From Camelus dromedarius (taxonomy: Eukaryota): a DNA stretch of 64,000 nucleotides. Under the pieces are notes generated by a model that saw nothing but the letters and a program-made list of their open reading frames with translations, was not told the DNA's origin and searched no databases. The DNA lies in contig NC_087442.1 of assembly GCF_036321535.1 (NCBI RefSeq), positions 1,364,001 to 1,428,000 on the forward strand. Direction: 5' to 3'. Position numbers and translations under genes: made by a program. This document shows positions 48,479 through 60,683 of the stretch, piece by piece (position 1 is the first letter of the stretch; each line of letters opens with the position of its first letter).

Positions 48479-48787
48479 TGTGGTAGACAGAATAATGGTC
48501 TCGCAAAGGTGTCCCAGTCCCAACCCCCAGGGCCTGTAACTATGTCCCCTCACCTAGCCAAAGGGATTTGGCAGTGTGATTAGGTGGGGTGTCTCGAGAT
48601 TGTCCTGCGTGGTCTGGTAGGACCAGCGTCACCACAGTGTTGTTGTGAGTGCAGATGCAGCAGGAGGGTGAGAGAAGGAAATGTGGCAGTGGCAGAGGGT
48701 GGAGTGGCCTGAGCAAAGGACCGTGAGCCAGCGAGTACTGGCAGCCTCTTAGAGCCAGGAAGACAAACAGGTTCTCCCTGCGATTCT
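48479..48787 (+). mobile_element. MLT1D-like MaLR LTR, truncated by N gap
   Basis: Begins tgtggtagacagaataatgg...; aaagggatttggcagtgtgatt; gcagcctcttagagccaggaa. Confidence 0.8.
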
Positions 48788-48916
48788 NNNNNNNNNNNNN
48801 NNNNNNNNNNNNNNNNNNNNNNNNNNNNNNNNNNNNNNNNNNNNNNNNNNNNNNNNNNNNNNNNNNNNNNNNNNNNNNNNNNNNNNNNNNNNNNNNNNNN
48901 NNNNNNNNNNNNNNNN
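48788..48916. other. N gap, 129 nt
   Basis: Run of N. Confidence 1.
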
Positions 48917-51885
48917 CAGTTCTTCTGAAGATTGAATTAATCCTTTGGTAGAATCAAGTGGAAGAACTATTTCATGTCACAGAACAAAAGTACGAAGAGA
49001 AGGAAGTCACTGATGAAACAATCAACTTGGGCTACAGAGCTGATACACCTAATCTAGAGAGTAGCCACCTAGAAGGAGAAAAAAAAAAAGGAGAGAAATT
49101 TAAGTAAATAAATAATAGAAGAAAATGTGAATGAGCTGAGGGGAGACTTGAGTGTACCTTAAAAATTAGGTTACAGAGACCTAGGCAAGATTATTAAGCA
49201 GGAAGATCCAGAGTTATCCTATAAGATTCATGAATTCCAAGAATAATGATAATAATTTAAAAACTTACAAGTTTTTACATAGAAAAGTTACTTACAAAGG
49301 AGAGAGAGAGCAACGTCAAACTTCCTGTTCATAACCTGTTAAGGATGTTTGAATAAGATGTAGTCTTGCAGGGCAGGGAAGAGTGCAATTAAAAACTCAT
49401 TTATTTCCAAAGATGTCATGTATGTATTAGGGCCCAAAAAGATACTCATTAATTTATTCATTTTATAACTGTGTATTTAGTGACTAATTTGTGCTAGGTC
49501 CCATTCTAGTTGTTAAGGATATGAAAGCTTCCATACTAATGGAAAAATTTAGTAGTACTCTCAAACTAAATGTTTTTAAAATAATCTCAACACAATCCAG
49601 AATTTAGGAAGGGAAGATGGAAAGCAATGAGAGCATGGCTTTGAAAAGCCTTGTGAACATTTCACCCTGGTGTGGGGAAGTTACCTAGTAAGATATTCCT
49701 GTGCACTTATGAGAATGTGTGTTAAGAATGAGAAAGTAACCATCGAAGTGTCAAGTTAACATGGGGAAGAAGAATAAACAGAAACTTCTCTTGCTGGGAA
49801 AAGAAGCAAAATAAAGCAAAATGAAATAAACAGAGATTATGAGATTACATGAAAGGAGAAAGAACACCAGTCTTCGTAATAAGCTAGCCTGTGGATGGCA
49901 GGATTCAGTCCCTGGATGTCACTGTTGAGCTGCTGGAAAACCCAATTTGAAGCCCATTCTGTGTGTAATCTTCTAATTGCATGAAATTATTTCCTTATTT
50001 TTTAAGCTACTTTGAGTTGAGTTTTCTGATTGAGTACAAAGCATCCTAATAATACACCCCATTTCACAGATGAGAACACTGAGGTTTTAGAGAACATAAA
50101 CCTAAAAAAGAAGGAGAACTTGAGAGAAGAAAACCACAAAAATTTTTTTGGAATTTAGCAGACCTGAGAAAATTTTAGAAGTAACTAATTTAGCAGACCC
50201 AAGGAAGTTGAATACTAAACCATCTGTGCTTGATTTATATCTCAGAATCCCCAAAAGTCCCCAGACGTGGCACCACTGGGTGGGTACCTATGAAAGTGGG
50301 GTTGAAGTGGAACGAGTTAAGCTAAGGAGGCTGGTGGAAAAGTCTGCTTATGAAGTGATTTGACCCCACATCATTTCCCTTCACCCAGGGCCCCAGACCA
50401 CCGCCTCCTCCCCGCTCCAGCAGAGGAGGGGGGGTTATTCTCAGGGAGAGTGAGACTGGCCTGGGTGCGGCTGTTGGGGGCTGGGAACTGGAGGGGTGCT
50501 CACAGGCTGAGTGTGTGGGCCCCCGCCTCCCTTTACGTGGGCAGCCAAGCTTTCCTGCCCCAAGGGAGAGACGGAAGAGTCTCCCGGCGATCTGTCCAGC
50601 CCAGGAGGGAAGCCTCACAGCCTCCTGGCAACTGGGTGTCCATGAAAAACCCACCAGGATGACCCAACGGTGCCACCCATGCTATCTTAGAGTTTCAAAT
50701 CATCATTTTTCTTGCTTCCTTCGCAAGTACGAACAGACAACTAAGACTTACCAGACTTAAGAGGAAGACCTCGGCTGTGAAAGCAGAGGCCAAAGCAAAC
50801 AAACAAACAAACACACACCAGGGGGAGACAGAATATGCACAGGGTAGGAACGTCCCTGAGAAGGACAAGGATTCCATAAAATGGATGAGCTAGTGAACAG
50901 AAAGGGCTTCTTGAAATTTAGAAATGATAATATATCTAAAACATTGGAAGATCAAGAAAATAGGTCAAAATGACAAAAATAGGGAAGAGTTAAGAATATT
51001 AGAGACCCAGTTCAGAAAATCTACCATACGACTAATAGGACTTGCAAATGGAAGAGGAGAGAAAATGGGATGGGAGAAATGACAAATCAAGAAGATCTCT
51101 CAGCTCTAAAGGACGTGAACGTGGAGACTGAAAGTGCTCACCCAGGGCCCAGCGTGCAACGTGGACGACTCCCCAGCCCGGGGCACAGGCCTTCCATGGC
51201 TCTGGGGACAAGGAGAAGCAGCTCGCGCGCGCGGGCACAGGAGGAGGAAGTCAAGACTGGAAGCTGGAGGACAGTGGAGCAGTGACTTCACGGTTTGGAG
51301 GAATAATTAGTTTTGACCTAACTAGTAAATAATGATGAACTGGTAAGCACTGAATAAGAAGGTTCCCTTCTATTTCTTGATTTTCCAGCTTTAAGTATTA
51401 ACTGTTAACCTTCCAGCTATGGAAGATGAGGATTTAATCTCTGTAGACCACACACCTTTTCATTCCTCATTTATATTTTTTAAATATAAAAAATAATTTA
51501 TATTTAATAAAACTTTAATATTCAGACTTGAATAGTTTCAAAAAAATTCCCTCCCATTTACCTTTTCTTTGCAAGATACTGAAATAAAGACATTTGAAAG
51601 GAAAGTTAAGAGCATAAAAAACTAAGTAAATGAAAGCCAAAGGTTAGTTCTTAAGAGTGGGAAGAAGAATGTTACTGAAGAAAGGAAAGCCCATCGCAGT
51701 TTATTACACAGGTGAGCGGTGAATAATAGAGTTTGTATTGTAATAATGTAGACATTGAATGTCGGTCTAACCAAAGTTACCAATACGATGATGAAGGAAG
51801 GAGAAGGTGAAAACAGAGAAAAGCATTTAAGACAGTGAGGTCTGCAAGGAACATGTCACAGTCTTAAAGGGTCCCAGATCTTAGC

Positions 51886-52060
51886 GGACAGGACCTACTG
51901 TGCAGCACAGGGAACTGTGTTCAGTATCTTGTAATAACCTATGATGGAAAATAATCTGAAAAAGAATATGTATGTATTTGTGTGTGTATAACTGAATCAC
52001 TTTGCTGTACACCTGAAACTAACACAACATTGTAAATCAAATATACTTCAATTTAAAAAA
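51886..52060 (+). mobile_element. Cetartiodactyl-type L1 3' end with TSD
   Basis: ggacctactgtgcagcacagggaac...ctgaatcactttgctgtacacctgaaactaacacaacattgtaaatc; TSD atcttagc at 51878-51885 and 52061-52068. Confidence 0.85.
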
Positions 52061-52340
52061 ATCTTAGCAAACAAGTACAAGCACATAATGAAAACATTCT
52101 TAAAAACTGAGAAAAAACTGATCAAAGTACAGTTGTAGTGGGGAATTTTAATTTGTCCATTTCAGAACTTAACAGATGAAATAGAAAGAATACAGAGATA
52201 TATAAACCATTGGAGAAATAAGCAGAAAATTTGAATATGGTATGCATATTAAAGTAACAATACGAAAACATTTTTTACCCATTATACTGGCAAAAATTCA
52301 AGAGTTATAATGTCCAGTGCCAGGGAAGAGATTGGAAAAT

Positions 52341-52550
52341 ACAGATCTCCCTTGACTTACAACACAGTTACGTTCTGGTAAACCCATCGTAAATTGAAAA
52401 TACCGTAAGCCGAAATGCACTTAATCCTCCTGAGCTCCTGAGCACCATCGCTTAGCCTGGTCTACCTGAGGTGCCTGCAGAGAACTTAGTTAGCCTGCAG
52501 TCAGGCCAAACCATCTGACATCAAGCATATTTTATAATAAAGTGTTGATA
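52341..52550 (+). mobile_element. Tigger4 (Zombi)-like non-autonomous fragment
   Basis: cagatctcccttgacttac...gttacgttctggtaaacccatcgtaaattgaaaat...attttataataaagtgttga. Confidence 0.75.
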
Positions 52551-53360
52551 GAAATGTAAATTATTACAATAATGTATTAGAAGAAATCACAATATTTGGG
52601 GAGAAGTAGCCTTTAAATATCTCTTAATACTGTAAATGCTCATATCCTTTGGCTCAGCAGTCTGAATTTTGGGAATCTGTCCTACAGCAGTAATAGAACC
52701 AGAATGTACTCGGTGTGCAGAGAAAAATGTTTATAGTGGCAAAAAATTGAGGAAAATCTTAATATAAATGGAATAAATCTGAATAAAATTGAAGTACATT
52801 CATACTCTGGAATTATTATTTAGCTGTAGAAGTTGGGACTATCTGTCATGTCAACGTGAACATACTAACTAGGAAGGTGAGTGGTGAAATAATGTCTGGT
52901 TTGACCCATTCTTATGAAATATGTATTAAAGCCATAACTGTGGTGTATATGCGTGTCTGAGTGTGTGCAGGAAGCTGAAGAATGCACCAGCCATGCTGCT
53001 GACAGTCGCCACTTCAGGGAGAGGGGCTGGGCTGGGGAAGAGGAGATCTTGATTTTCTTTCACTTTTAATAATAAGCACATGATACTTTTGTAAATAATA
53101 AAAAAATTAATAATAGACCAAGTAAGAATTTTACCAAAATAAGAAATTTTCTAAGAAACATGTAGTGTTTAATCAGCAAGAACTTGAAAGTTTTAAGGGG
53201 TAAAGAAGTGGATGCACTTTTCTGTGAATCACAGCAGCCTTTGTTCTCATTTTCAGAGATCAGGACTTGCAGTGTGTTATTTTGTATTTTCATTACATGA
53301 GAGGGCTGCCTGTTCTGGGGTTCTGTTGTTACAGTTCTAACATATTTTTGCTTTTGGTAG

Positions 53361-53441
53361 GACTGTCTTCGTCAGTGGAATACAATATGATGGAGTTGGA
53401 ACAAGAACTTGAAAATGTGAAGACTCTTAAGACAAAATTAG
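53361..53441 (+). CDS. LMBR1: LMBR1 coding exon 10, 81 nt
   Basis: ttggtag|GACTGTCT...AAATTAG|gtattg; GLSSSVEYNMMELEQELENVKTLKTKL. Confidence 0.97.
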
Positions 53442-53659
53442 GTATTGTGCTTTTTTCCCTTGCCTTATGTATTGGTCTTGGTTTCTTATTAAAGACTTTA
53501 CTGTAGTCTGAAATATTTTTAAAAATTATGAAATCTCTAGTTTATGTTATAAACTTTTCAGTCTGTCCAAAGCCGTTTAGTAAAGGATGTCTTTTAGTTT
53601 GGGGAGAGGATAAGTACATATGTATTTACTTTTTCTGTTGTGTTTTTTTGTATGTGTAC

Positions 53660-54950
53660 AGAATGACTTTTCAGAGATGCTGATTTTCAGAAATGTCACT
53701 CCACCATCTTTTCACTTGCATTACTTCTAATAAAGTAGTCTTCTGTTCTTATCTTTTAATGTCTTTTTCTTTGTATTTATCCTTTTTTGAGATCTGTGAC
53801 ACCTCATGGGTGTATGGCTTAATGTCTTTCATCCATTTGGGAAATTGTTGGCCATTATCTCATCCAATATTGCTTCTGCTCATTCTCTTTTATTTCCTCA
53901 GGCTCCAGTTACACATATGCTGGATCTTTTAACTCTTATATGTTTCCCTATATATTTTTTCTCCTTTTGTATGTGCTTCAGTCTGTGATATTTCTACCGA
54001 TCTTTCCTCCATCTCTCTTTCACTCTTCAGCTAAGTCATAACTGTTGTCAAAACTATGTGTTGAACTCTGAATTTTAGTTAGTGTTTTTTCAGTTCTTGA
54101 ATTTCCATTTGATTACTTTTCTAGATTCAAATTGTGACGTTTGCCATTTTGTTTACTTGAACATTTTAATCCGTTGTTTTAAGGTCTCTTTCAGTTAGGT
54201 CCAATATCCAGATCCACTGCAAGTCCGTTTCTATTGTCTCCTTTTCCTTTGTCCAGTCTCCTGATGATGTTGGATCGAATGTCAGACATTTCTCGTACAA
54301 AAATTGTGGACACTCTGGATGATGTTTTGTTTTTGAGAGGATTTCCTTTTGCTTCTGGTGGGCAGTTAGTGTAGGGACGGATCAGTCTAATCTGTCGGGG
54401 CTTGAGGTCATTCGGGACCAGGATTTGGTCTTGACGAGGGCTTGTCTGTTTCGAGGTTGGCCTTCCTCCTTGGGTATAGCTTTTCCTTGATCCTGACTGA
54501 GAGCCTGGCTGTTTTGTGGTCTCTGTGATCCATCTTCTTCATGAGCCCTGCACTCTGATTTTTACCTCTCGGGAAGCTTGAGCCTGACAGAGCTTTGCTT
54601 TGCTTCTCTGTCTCCTGCTCCGCCTTCTGCTCGTCTTCTTAGCCTCTGCGGCCCTGACGCTGGGCAGCGGAAGTAGCTGAGTGTCGGACTCACCTTTCCT
54701 CTGTGCCCAGTGCCTCTCAAACGCTGGCCACCTTGAGTGTGGAGTGTGCTGCAAGCTTTGCTTTAGCGTCATTTTCTTCTGCCCACAGACTTGGGCCTTA
54801 TTTCCAGCCGCGTGGCCCTGGGCCAGTTCTGTGCTGGAAGACACCGTGCAGGGAGAGTAGTGCCCGCTGGCGGGCTCCCTCCAGCTCATTTCACAGAATC
54901 GGCCCCTCGCCTCCGTCATCACGGAAGCACTCTGATACCTTCATACGGGT
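53660..54950 (-). mobile_element. Old L1M fragment (ORF1/5' region), antisense
   Basis: catccatttgggaaattgttggccattatctcatccaatattgcttctgctc...ccagttacacatatgctgg is a typical reverse L1M ORF1 tract. Confidence 0.7.
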
Positions 54951-55495
54951 TTTTTTTTTAAGTTAAGTTTGACCCATCCTTTTCCAGTTGTCCCATGGCA
55001 TAAGGATTGGTGTGGTGTAAGGTAGACCATTGTCGCTGGAAGCAGAAGTTTGCCTCCAGCCTGTAGGAAACTGGAAGTGTTACCTTGGGGTGTGGGACTG
55101 GAGGGGTTCTTACTCATGTTACCTGATTTTTTCGGATCTCTATCAGATGTGTGTAAATCTGTCAGTATGCAATATGTCAATAAAAAAAGCAGTGCAAGTA
55201 TTTCTGTGTTTTCAGAGTAAGCTGCACTTTCACAATGTATGTCACTAACAGTTGAAAGGTCTTCAGTGTTAGAATTTAAATGTAAGATTGGGCTGTTTAA
55301 CACAGAAAACTGATTTTAAAGTTCTGATTTTTATGGCTTGTGGAGGAAAATTAAAAATAATTTATGTCTTTGGGAAAAATTATTTATGTAAAAATAATCC
55401 TTACTGGTTATAGTAGTAAGGGATGAAAATGTGGATCTGGAGAGAATTTTTGTAAATTACTGAAATGTTTGATATTTTGTTTTTCCTTCTAATAG

Positions 55496-55572
55496 AGAGG
55501 CGCAAAAAGGCTTCAGCGTGGGAAAGAAATTTGGTGTATCCTGCAGTTATGGTTCTCCTTCTTATTGAGACA
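55496..55572 (+). CDS. LMBR1: LMBR1 coding exon 11, 77 nt
   Basis: ctaatag|AGAGGCGC...GAGACA|gtaaga; ERRKKASAWERNLVYPAVMVLLLIET. Confidence 0.97.
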
Positions 55573-56213
55573 GTAAGAATTTATTTGCCTAGTTAAATAA
55601 AGCAAATTATTTTTTACTTTAGCATTTGTGTATGGCAACTCCCTCAGCTAAATGGTTTCAGGTAAACTGGTTTTCTATCAACGGGATTAAAATCCACCTA
55701 TGCCTTTATTTGTAAAAACTCAGTAGAGCAAAAGATGAAATTAATGGTAATTTTTAAGAAGTCCTCAAGATTGCCTATTTCCTCATAAAAGCAGGAAATG
55801 CATTCTTTTGTTTCAGTTGAAAATTAAGGAGAGACAAGGTGTTGCAGATACCCTGCTGCAAACTTTGTGACAGGATATGAGAATTTTACTAAGTTAGTTC
55901 TGATAACAGTTTAACCATTTTTAAAATCTGTGGACTTGTAGGTTTCCAGTTGGTGAAATCAGTTAGTAAATGGATCTATATTGTTAGCTTTTGTCTTAAG
56001 CTTTGAGATTATAATACTTTGCAGAATTGTAAAGAATTTACTCTGGAGTTTATAGTCTCATTACTTCTTTAAGTTTATGTGTAGAATTTTGGTCTTAACT
56101 GCTTTTCCACTACTCTGAAGCATACATTTGGTTGGTTACTTAGGTTTTAATATATATGTTTTGGCAGAGTATCTTTGAAATTAAAACCTGACGGCTTACT
56201 TTTTATGTTGTAG

Positions 56214-56291
56214 TCTATTTCAGTCCTCTTGGTGGCTTGTAATATTCTTTGCCTGTTGGTTGATGAAACAGCAATGCCAAAGGGAACAAGG
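56214..56291 (+). CDS. LMBR1: LMBR1 coding exon 12, 78 nt
   Basis: gttgtag|TCTATTTCA...ACAAGG|gtaaag; SISVLLVACNILCLLVDETAMPKGTR. Confidence 0.97.
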
Positions 56292-57014
56292 GTAAAGTAA
56301 AACGCTTTAAAGTGCCTTTCTTTTGTGTTAGTGTTCTGTATGTACACCCTGAGTGCTTCAGGTAAGTGAATGAGAGCATTCCCCTTTCTGCATACATCCG
56401 CTTCAGTTTGTATGAGTTTCTTTATGCAGTGAGCTTTCAGAGCAGTGTTTATGAACTCCAGTTTTTGTTTCTGATTTCTTAATTTGGATTGTCTGAGGCT
56501 TTTACCAGGTTTCAGAGTTTCATACTTCGTATCAGAGTTTATCTTTGTTTTACTGAAATTCTTATTTGTGATCCTTTAAGAAAATGTATACTCTGTGAAA
56601 TACAAGGAAGGAGTTTATCAGATGGATTCATTGTGTTTGCAAAAGATCCAGATGTATGGTTGTAAGGGCTCGTGCTTCCGAAGAGTCAGGTGTTTTATGA
56701 ACCTGAGTCAAAATGTTCAGTTACTGGAGGAGAGTCAGATGCACATCTTTTTCATGAATTAATACTCTCTCTTCTTTAAAAATTTGTGATTTTATTAAAT
56801 GCCATCAATTAGTCTATTTAAATATATTCTCCATATGGAAGGTAGTCTCCTCTAAATATTCATATATGGCATCCTTTTTCTACGTGTCTCTATAAACTTT
56901 TGGATACTTAAAGTAGCATTTAAGTTTTGACATTTTATTACACTTTTCAAAGTTAGCACCTTTCCCATTTCCCATAGAAATGACTTCAAAACTCTTTCAG
57001 ACTTTTGATGCTTT

Positions 57015-57505
57015 AGGGGAAGGAAAAAATTGTTCTTAACCCTTTCTAGGTTCTCCTGGCTGGTCTAAGAATTAAAATGACGTGAGACAGATTAACAGGA
57101 GAAAATAGATTTTAATTATGTGTATATAAGAACAGTGAGACCCCAGGGCAAGCTGAGCAGTTGAGGCTTCTGTGGCACCTGAGAGGAGAAGGGAGAGGGG
57201 CTTGGGACTTGGAAGAGGAGGGAGGCAATTCTCATGCAGATGGAAGAGCAGATGGGCCACAGAGAGGACTCTGGTTCCCAGGTTCTGCCAGGTGGCCTCT
57301 GCCCCGAGCCGGGACTCTCTGTGGACGTCTCTGGTGACAGGGCCCCTCCAACCCAGTCCTTTCTCTAAATTCTTTCAGGCAGTTAAGGGGTGAGTGGGTA
57401 GGGGCAAGAGGGAAGGCTTCCTGAGTCTTCTGTTCCTTAAAAACAATCAGCCCGAGATAACCCTCGTGCTGGCACGTTTGAGGGGGCAGGTTTTGTGTCC
57501 TCCGT
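57015..57505 (-). mobile_element. Solo LTR-like element (ERV1-class)
   Basis: ~490 bp block ctggtctaagaattaaaatgacgtgagacagattaacaggagaaaa...ttcctgagtcttctgttccttaaaaacaatcagcccg; family not determined. Confidence 0.55.
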
Positions 57506-57639
57506 GCCACTTCTTTCTCTGAACCACCTCCTACACCTTTTCTCCCATAGAAAAAAGCCAATATCTATATTTAGTCCTTTCCTTCAGTCCAAGATGAAGA
57601 GACTGTTCTTTCAAAGGCTAATTCTTTCAGCACGATTCT

Positions 57640-57990
57640 CAGTTTGGCTCCCTGCCCCCGGCCTTTCAGGACCTGGTGCCATTTGTTACTGCCACTGTCT
57701 CCATGCCACTGTGAGCCTCCCAGCACTCTCCAGGTGCCTCACTGCGCTGATGAGCAACCGTGAACAGTCCTCCTCCATCTACCGCCCTGGCTTGGTCTTC
57801 TTTTAGACCCTAATCCATTGACTGAGCAGGAAGTCAACTACTGTGTTGACTTCCATCCCTTTCTTGGCCCATTTTCACATATACCGCACACTAGGTAAGG
57901 CCCAAGCCCCGTGGTGCTGTGTTGTACCATCCCCCTTAGTACATAGCACGAGGGACTCACACATGGTAGGCGCTGTATGATTGTGTCCAT
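57640..57990 (+). mobile_element. L2 3' fragment
   Basis: ...ccccttagtacatagcacgagggactcacacatggtaggcgct. Confidence 0.5.
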
Positions 57991-58988
57991 AAATCAGATC
58001 CTCCTAATCCTGCCTGGGGGCCTTCTCTTGAGACAGAGAATATTTCCAAAATGTTGCCATCCCAATTAATAAGCTTTCTATTAGCAGTCTTCATTTTTTC
58101 TTCAGAAGGTTGACAAAAGTTGATAAATTCTTTGCCCTTACCTCATTTATGTATGCAGTTTCCATTGGTGTTCTTCTTTATGTCTAAATACGATTGTGTA
58201 AATAATATGTATGATATTATTCATTGGTTTATTTTTTCTTAGGCTGACTTTACGTTCTGGTTTATCTGTCAGATATAATTGAAGCTGATAGCAAAATAGT
58301 AGTTCTATTCAGAGAGTTCCTTTAATTAGTAAGCTTTGAAAAAATTTTTCCTCTTTCAGTAAGAAATGATGTTTTGCCTATCTGGTTTCATTAGTAAATA
58401 TTACTTTTTCCCCTTATTTTATTAAGTTCTAGATAAAGATAGATTTTGAGAATAGCTGTAATGTTTAGGGAAAAATATATAGCATTGTGTTTGAAAAATC
58501 CCTGTTAATTAAATCTATGAATTCCCAAAGAAGATTTGGGGAAAGGAAACTTGCAAGAGTAGAAACAGGATATGCACATTCAACTGTCTTTCTTTGCTTG
58601 CTTCAATTTTGACATACTTTAATTGTGTAGTGTTTATATCGTTGCCTCAGGGTTCAGACAATTATATGCCCTATTCTTATTGTAGTATTATATTAAAAAA
58701 TTTCTTCCAAGAATATTTAGGATTTAACAATAAGTATAATCATACCATTTTGAGAAGTAACTTAAAAGACATTTGAGAACTGAGCTTGTTGGAAGTGTTA
58801 ACTTGTGGTTGAGTTAGTTGATGAACTCAGTCTCCTGTCACAGTTCATTTTCCTTTGAAAGCCTAGGTGTTATTCCAGGGTATTAAACATTCCTGATTTC
58901 AACTGTCTTATGTTTATGAAACAACACTTTTAGGGAAACCAAATATAATGGTGTCATTGAATTCTGAAAAGTGTTTTTTTTCCCCCAG

Positions 58989-59062
58989 GGGCCTGGAATA
59001 GGAAATGCTTCTCTCTCTGCCTTTGGCTTTGTGGGAGCTGCACTTGAAATCATTTTGATTTT
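58989..59062 (+). CDS. LMBR1: LMBR1 coding exon 13, 74 nt
   Basis: cccccag|GGGCCTGG...GATTTT|gtatcctt; GPGIGNASLSAFGFVGAALEIILIF. Confidence 0.97.
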
Positions 59063-59296
59063 GTATCCTTTCTCTGACTGAAGTTTCTGTCTGTTAGCAA
59101 TTTTTTTGTCCAGTTTTCTGGGACAGTAGTAATTTTACTAAGACACTTTCCTGGAAGAAAAACATGCCAGCCTTCCTCAAGCACTCCAAGTGGCCTTTGC
59201 TTTTGTTTTTCGTTCGGGCCTCAAGGCATCTTGGAGACTATTGAGAACTGAAGGAAACTGGCATTCTTCGGAGAGCTTTTTCCTTGATTCTCATAG
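59063..59296 (+). other. LMBR1: U12-type (minor spliceosome) GT-AG intron, LMBR1 intron 13, 234 nt
   Basis: 5' site GTATCCTTT (U12 consensus RTATCCTTT); branch site TTCCTTGAT at 59280-59288 (consensus TTCCTTRAY) just upstream of the AG; no U2-type pyrimidine tract between branch site and AG. Confidence 0.93.
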
Positions 59297-59387
59297 CTAT
59301 CTTATGGTGTCCTCTGTTGTTGGTTTCTATAGCCTTCGATGTTTTGGAAACTTTATTCCCAAGAAGGATGACACGACTATGACAAAG
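59297..59387 (+). CDS. LMBR1: LMBR1 coding exon 14, 91 nt
   Basis: ctcatag|CTATCTTATG...ACAAAG|gtaagg; (F)YLMVSSVVGFYSLRCFGNFIPKKDDTTMTK. Confidence 0.97.
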
Positions 59388-60616
59388 GTAAGGTGAAGTC
59401 TTAGGTGACTGTGCCTCCCTTTTGCTTCCCAGACAAACGGGCTGTTTTATTTAGTAATTGCCCTGAGCGGTTCATTTGCAGTTCTAGGTATTTGTGAGTT
59501 GCGTAAACACACACTGGAGGATTTTCAAAATGCTGAACGAGTGGGAAAAGGATGTGCTGTGTTTAGTCTGGATGGCCTCCATTCACGTGTAAATGCAGAG
59601 AGCCGCGGAGCTTGTTAACCCGCCGCGGAAGGCTCCTGAAAGGACTCTTTCTCCTACAAAGAGAACGTCTTGCTAATGAGTAACTTTGATTGTGCTGACT
59701 GTACTTCAGGGAGCTTGTTTGAAATCTGAAGAACTTAGCTGCCACAAGTAGCAGAGACAGAGTATTCCAAATTTGAATAATTAAAGCAAAACGGAAGAGA
59801 TCTATTCAGAAACATTTTGTAGTCTGAGGCCAATTTGACTTTCTGCGGTGTGTCATTGGCTTCCGAGCGACGAAGGCTGTTGTCTTCTGTGGTGACTGCA
59901 TCCTTGTGAAATGTTCCCACAGGCTGACAGTGAGGAGTGACAAGGGCTGCTGGCTGCTTTCCCTCATTGTATTTCCCCATTTCAGCTTACTTTACGGGGA
60001 GAGGCTCTTGTGCATATCTTTATCTGCCTAACAGGCTGTGGCTTCTTGAGATACTTGGCACCTAGTGCAAGTAATCCTGAGTATCCGTGTTTTCGGCCCC
60101 TCTTACTTGATATGGAAGAATGCGCACAAGATACGTTGTAATGGACTACTAGAACTTAGGTGTTTGGGATTGCTAGCTTTTTGGTATTGCATCTTATAAT
60201 AGTTAAACATATCAGAAGTAGATATTATATATCTTGAGCAGTGGTCTTGGCTTTAAGAATAGAGCCAGAAGTTCTTAAAAGTATTCATTCTTCGTTACTT
60301 GTCAGGCAGACTTTTTTTTGAAATTGGCGACCTCAGTCAGTAATGTAAAGTGTGTGTCTGTAAAGTAATTTAAGTGCCCTTGAACTTTGTGTTTGTGCCG
60401 GGGGCGGTACATGTCCTGTAGAGCTTACAGATAGAACTGCGGGTGTTTGTAGAAACAGTTTTCTTGTTCTCCTTGTTTTCTACATCGAGGAGTATCATTA
60501 AGAATCCAGCAGGTACAGCAGGTAACTGGCGTGCACAGTAACCTGCCAGGCTGTGGGCGGACTTGCTTTCCCCGTGCCGTGTAACTGCCCAGTGCTCCTT
60601 CTGCCTCCCATCACAG

Positions 60617-60683
60617 ATCATTGGGAACTGTGTGTCAATCCTGGTCTTGAGCTCCGCACTGCCTGTGATGTCAAGAACACTGG
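60617..60683 (+). CDS. LMBR1: LMBR1 coding exon 15, 67 nt (last exon seen in window)
   Basis: tcacag|ATCATTGGG...ACACTGG|gtaagt; IIGNCVSILVLSSALPVMSRTL. Confidence 0.97.

Larger units (their letters stand above)
48950..53050 (+). mobile_element. Patchwork of old L1M fragments (5'/ORF1 and 3' pieces) with younger insertions
   Basis: A-rich L1-like tracts: gaagatcaagaaaatagg...; ttagagacccagttcag...ctaatagg; tgctcatatcctttggctcagcag...gggaatctgtcctacag. Confidence 0.6.
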
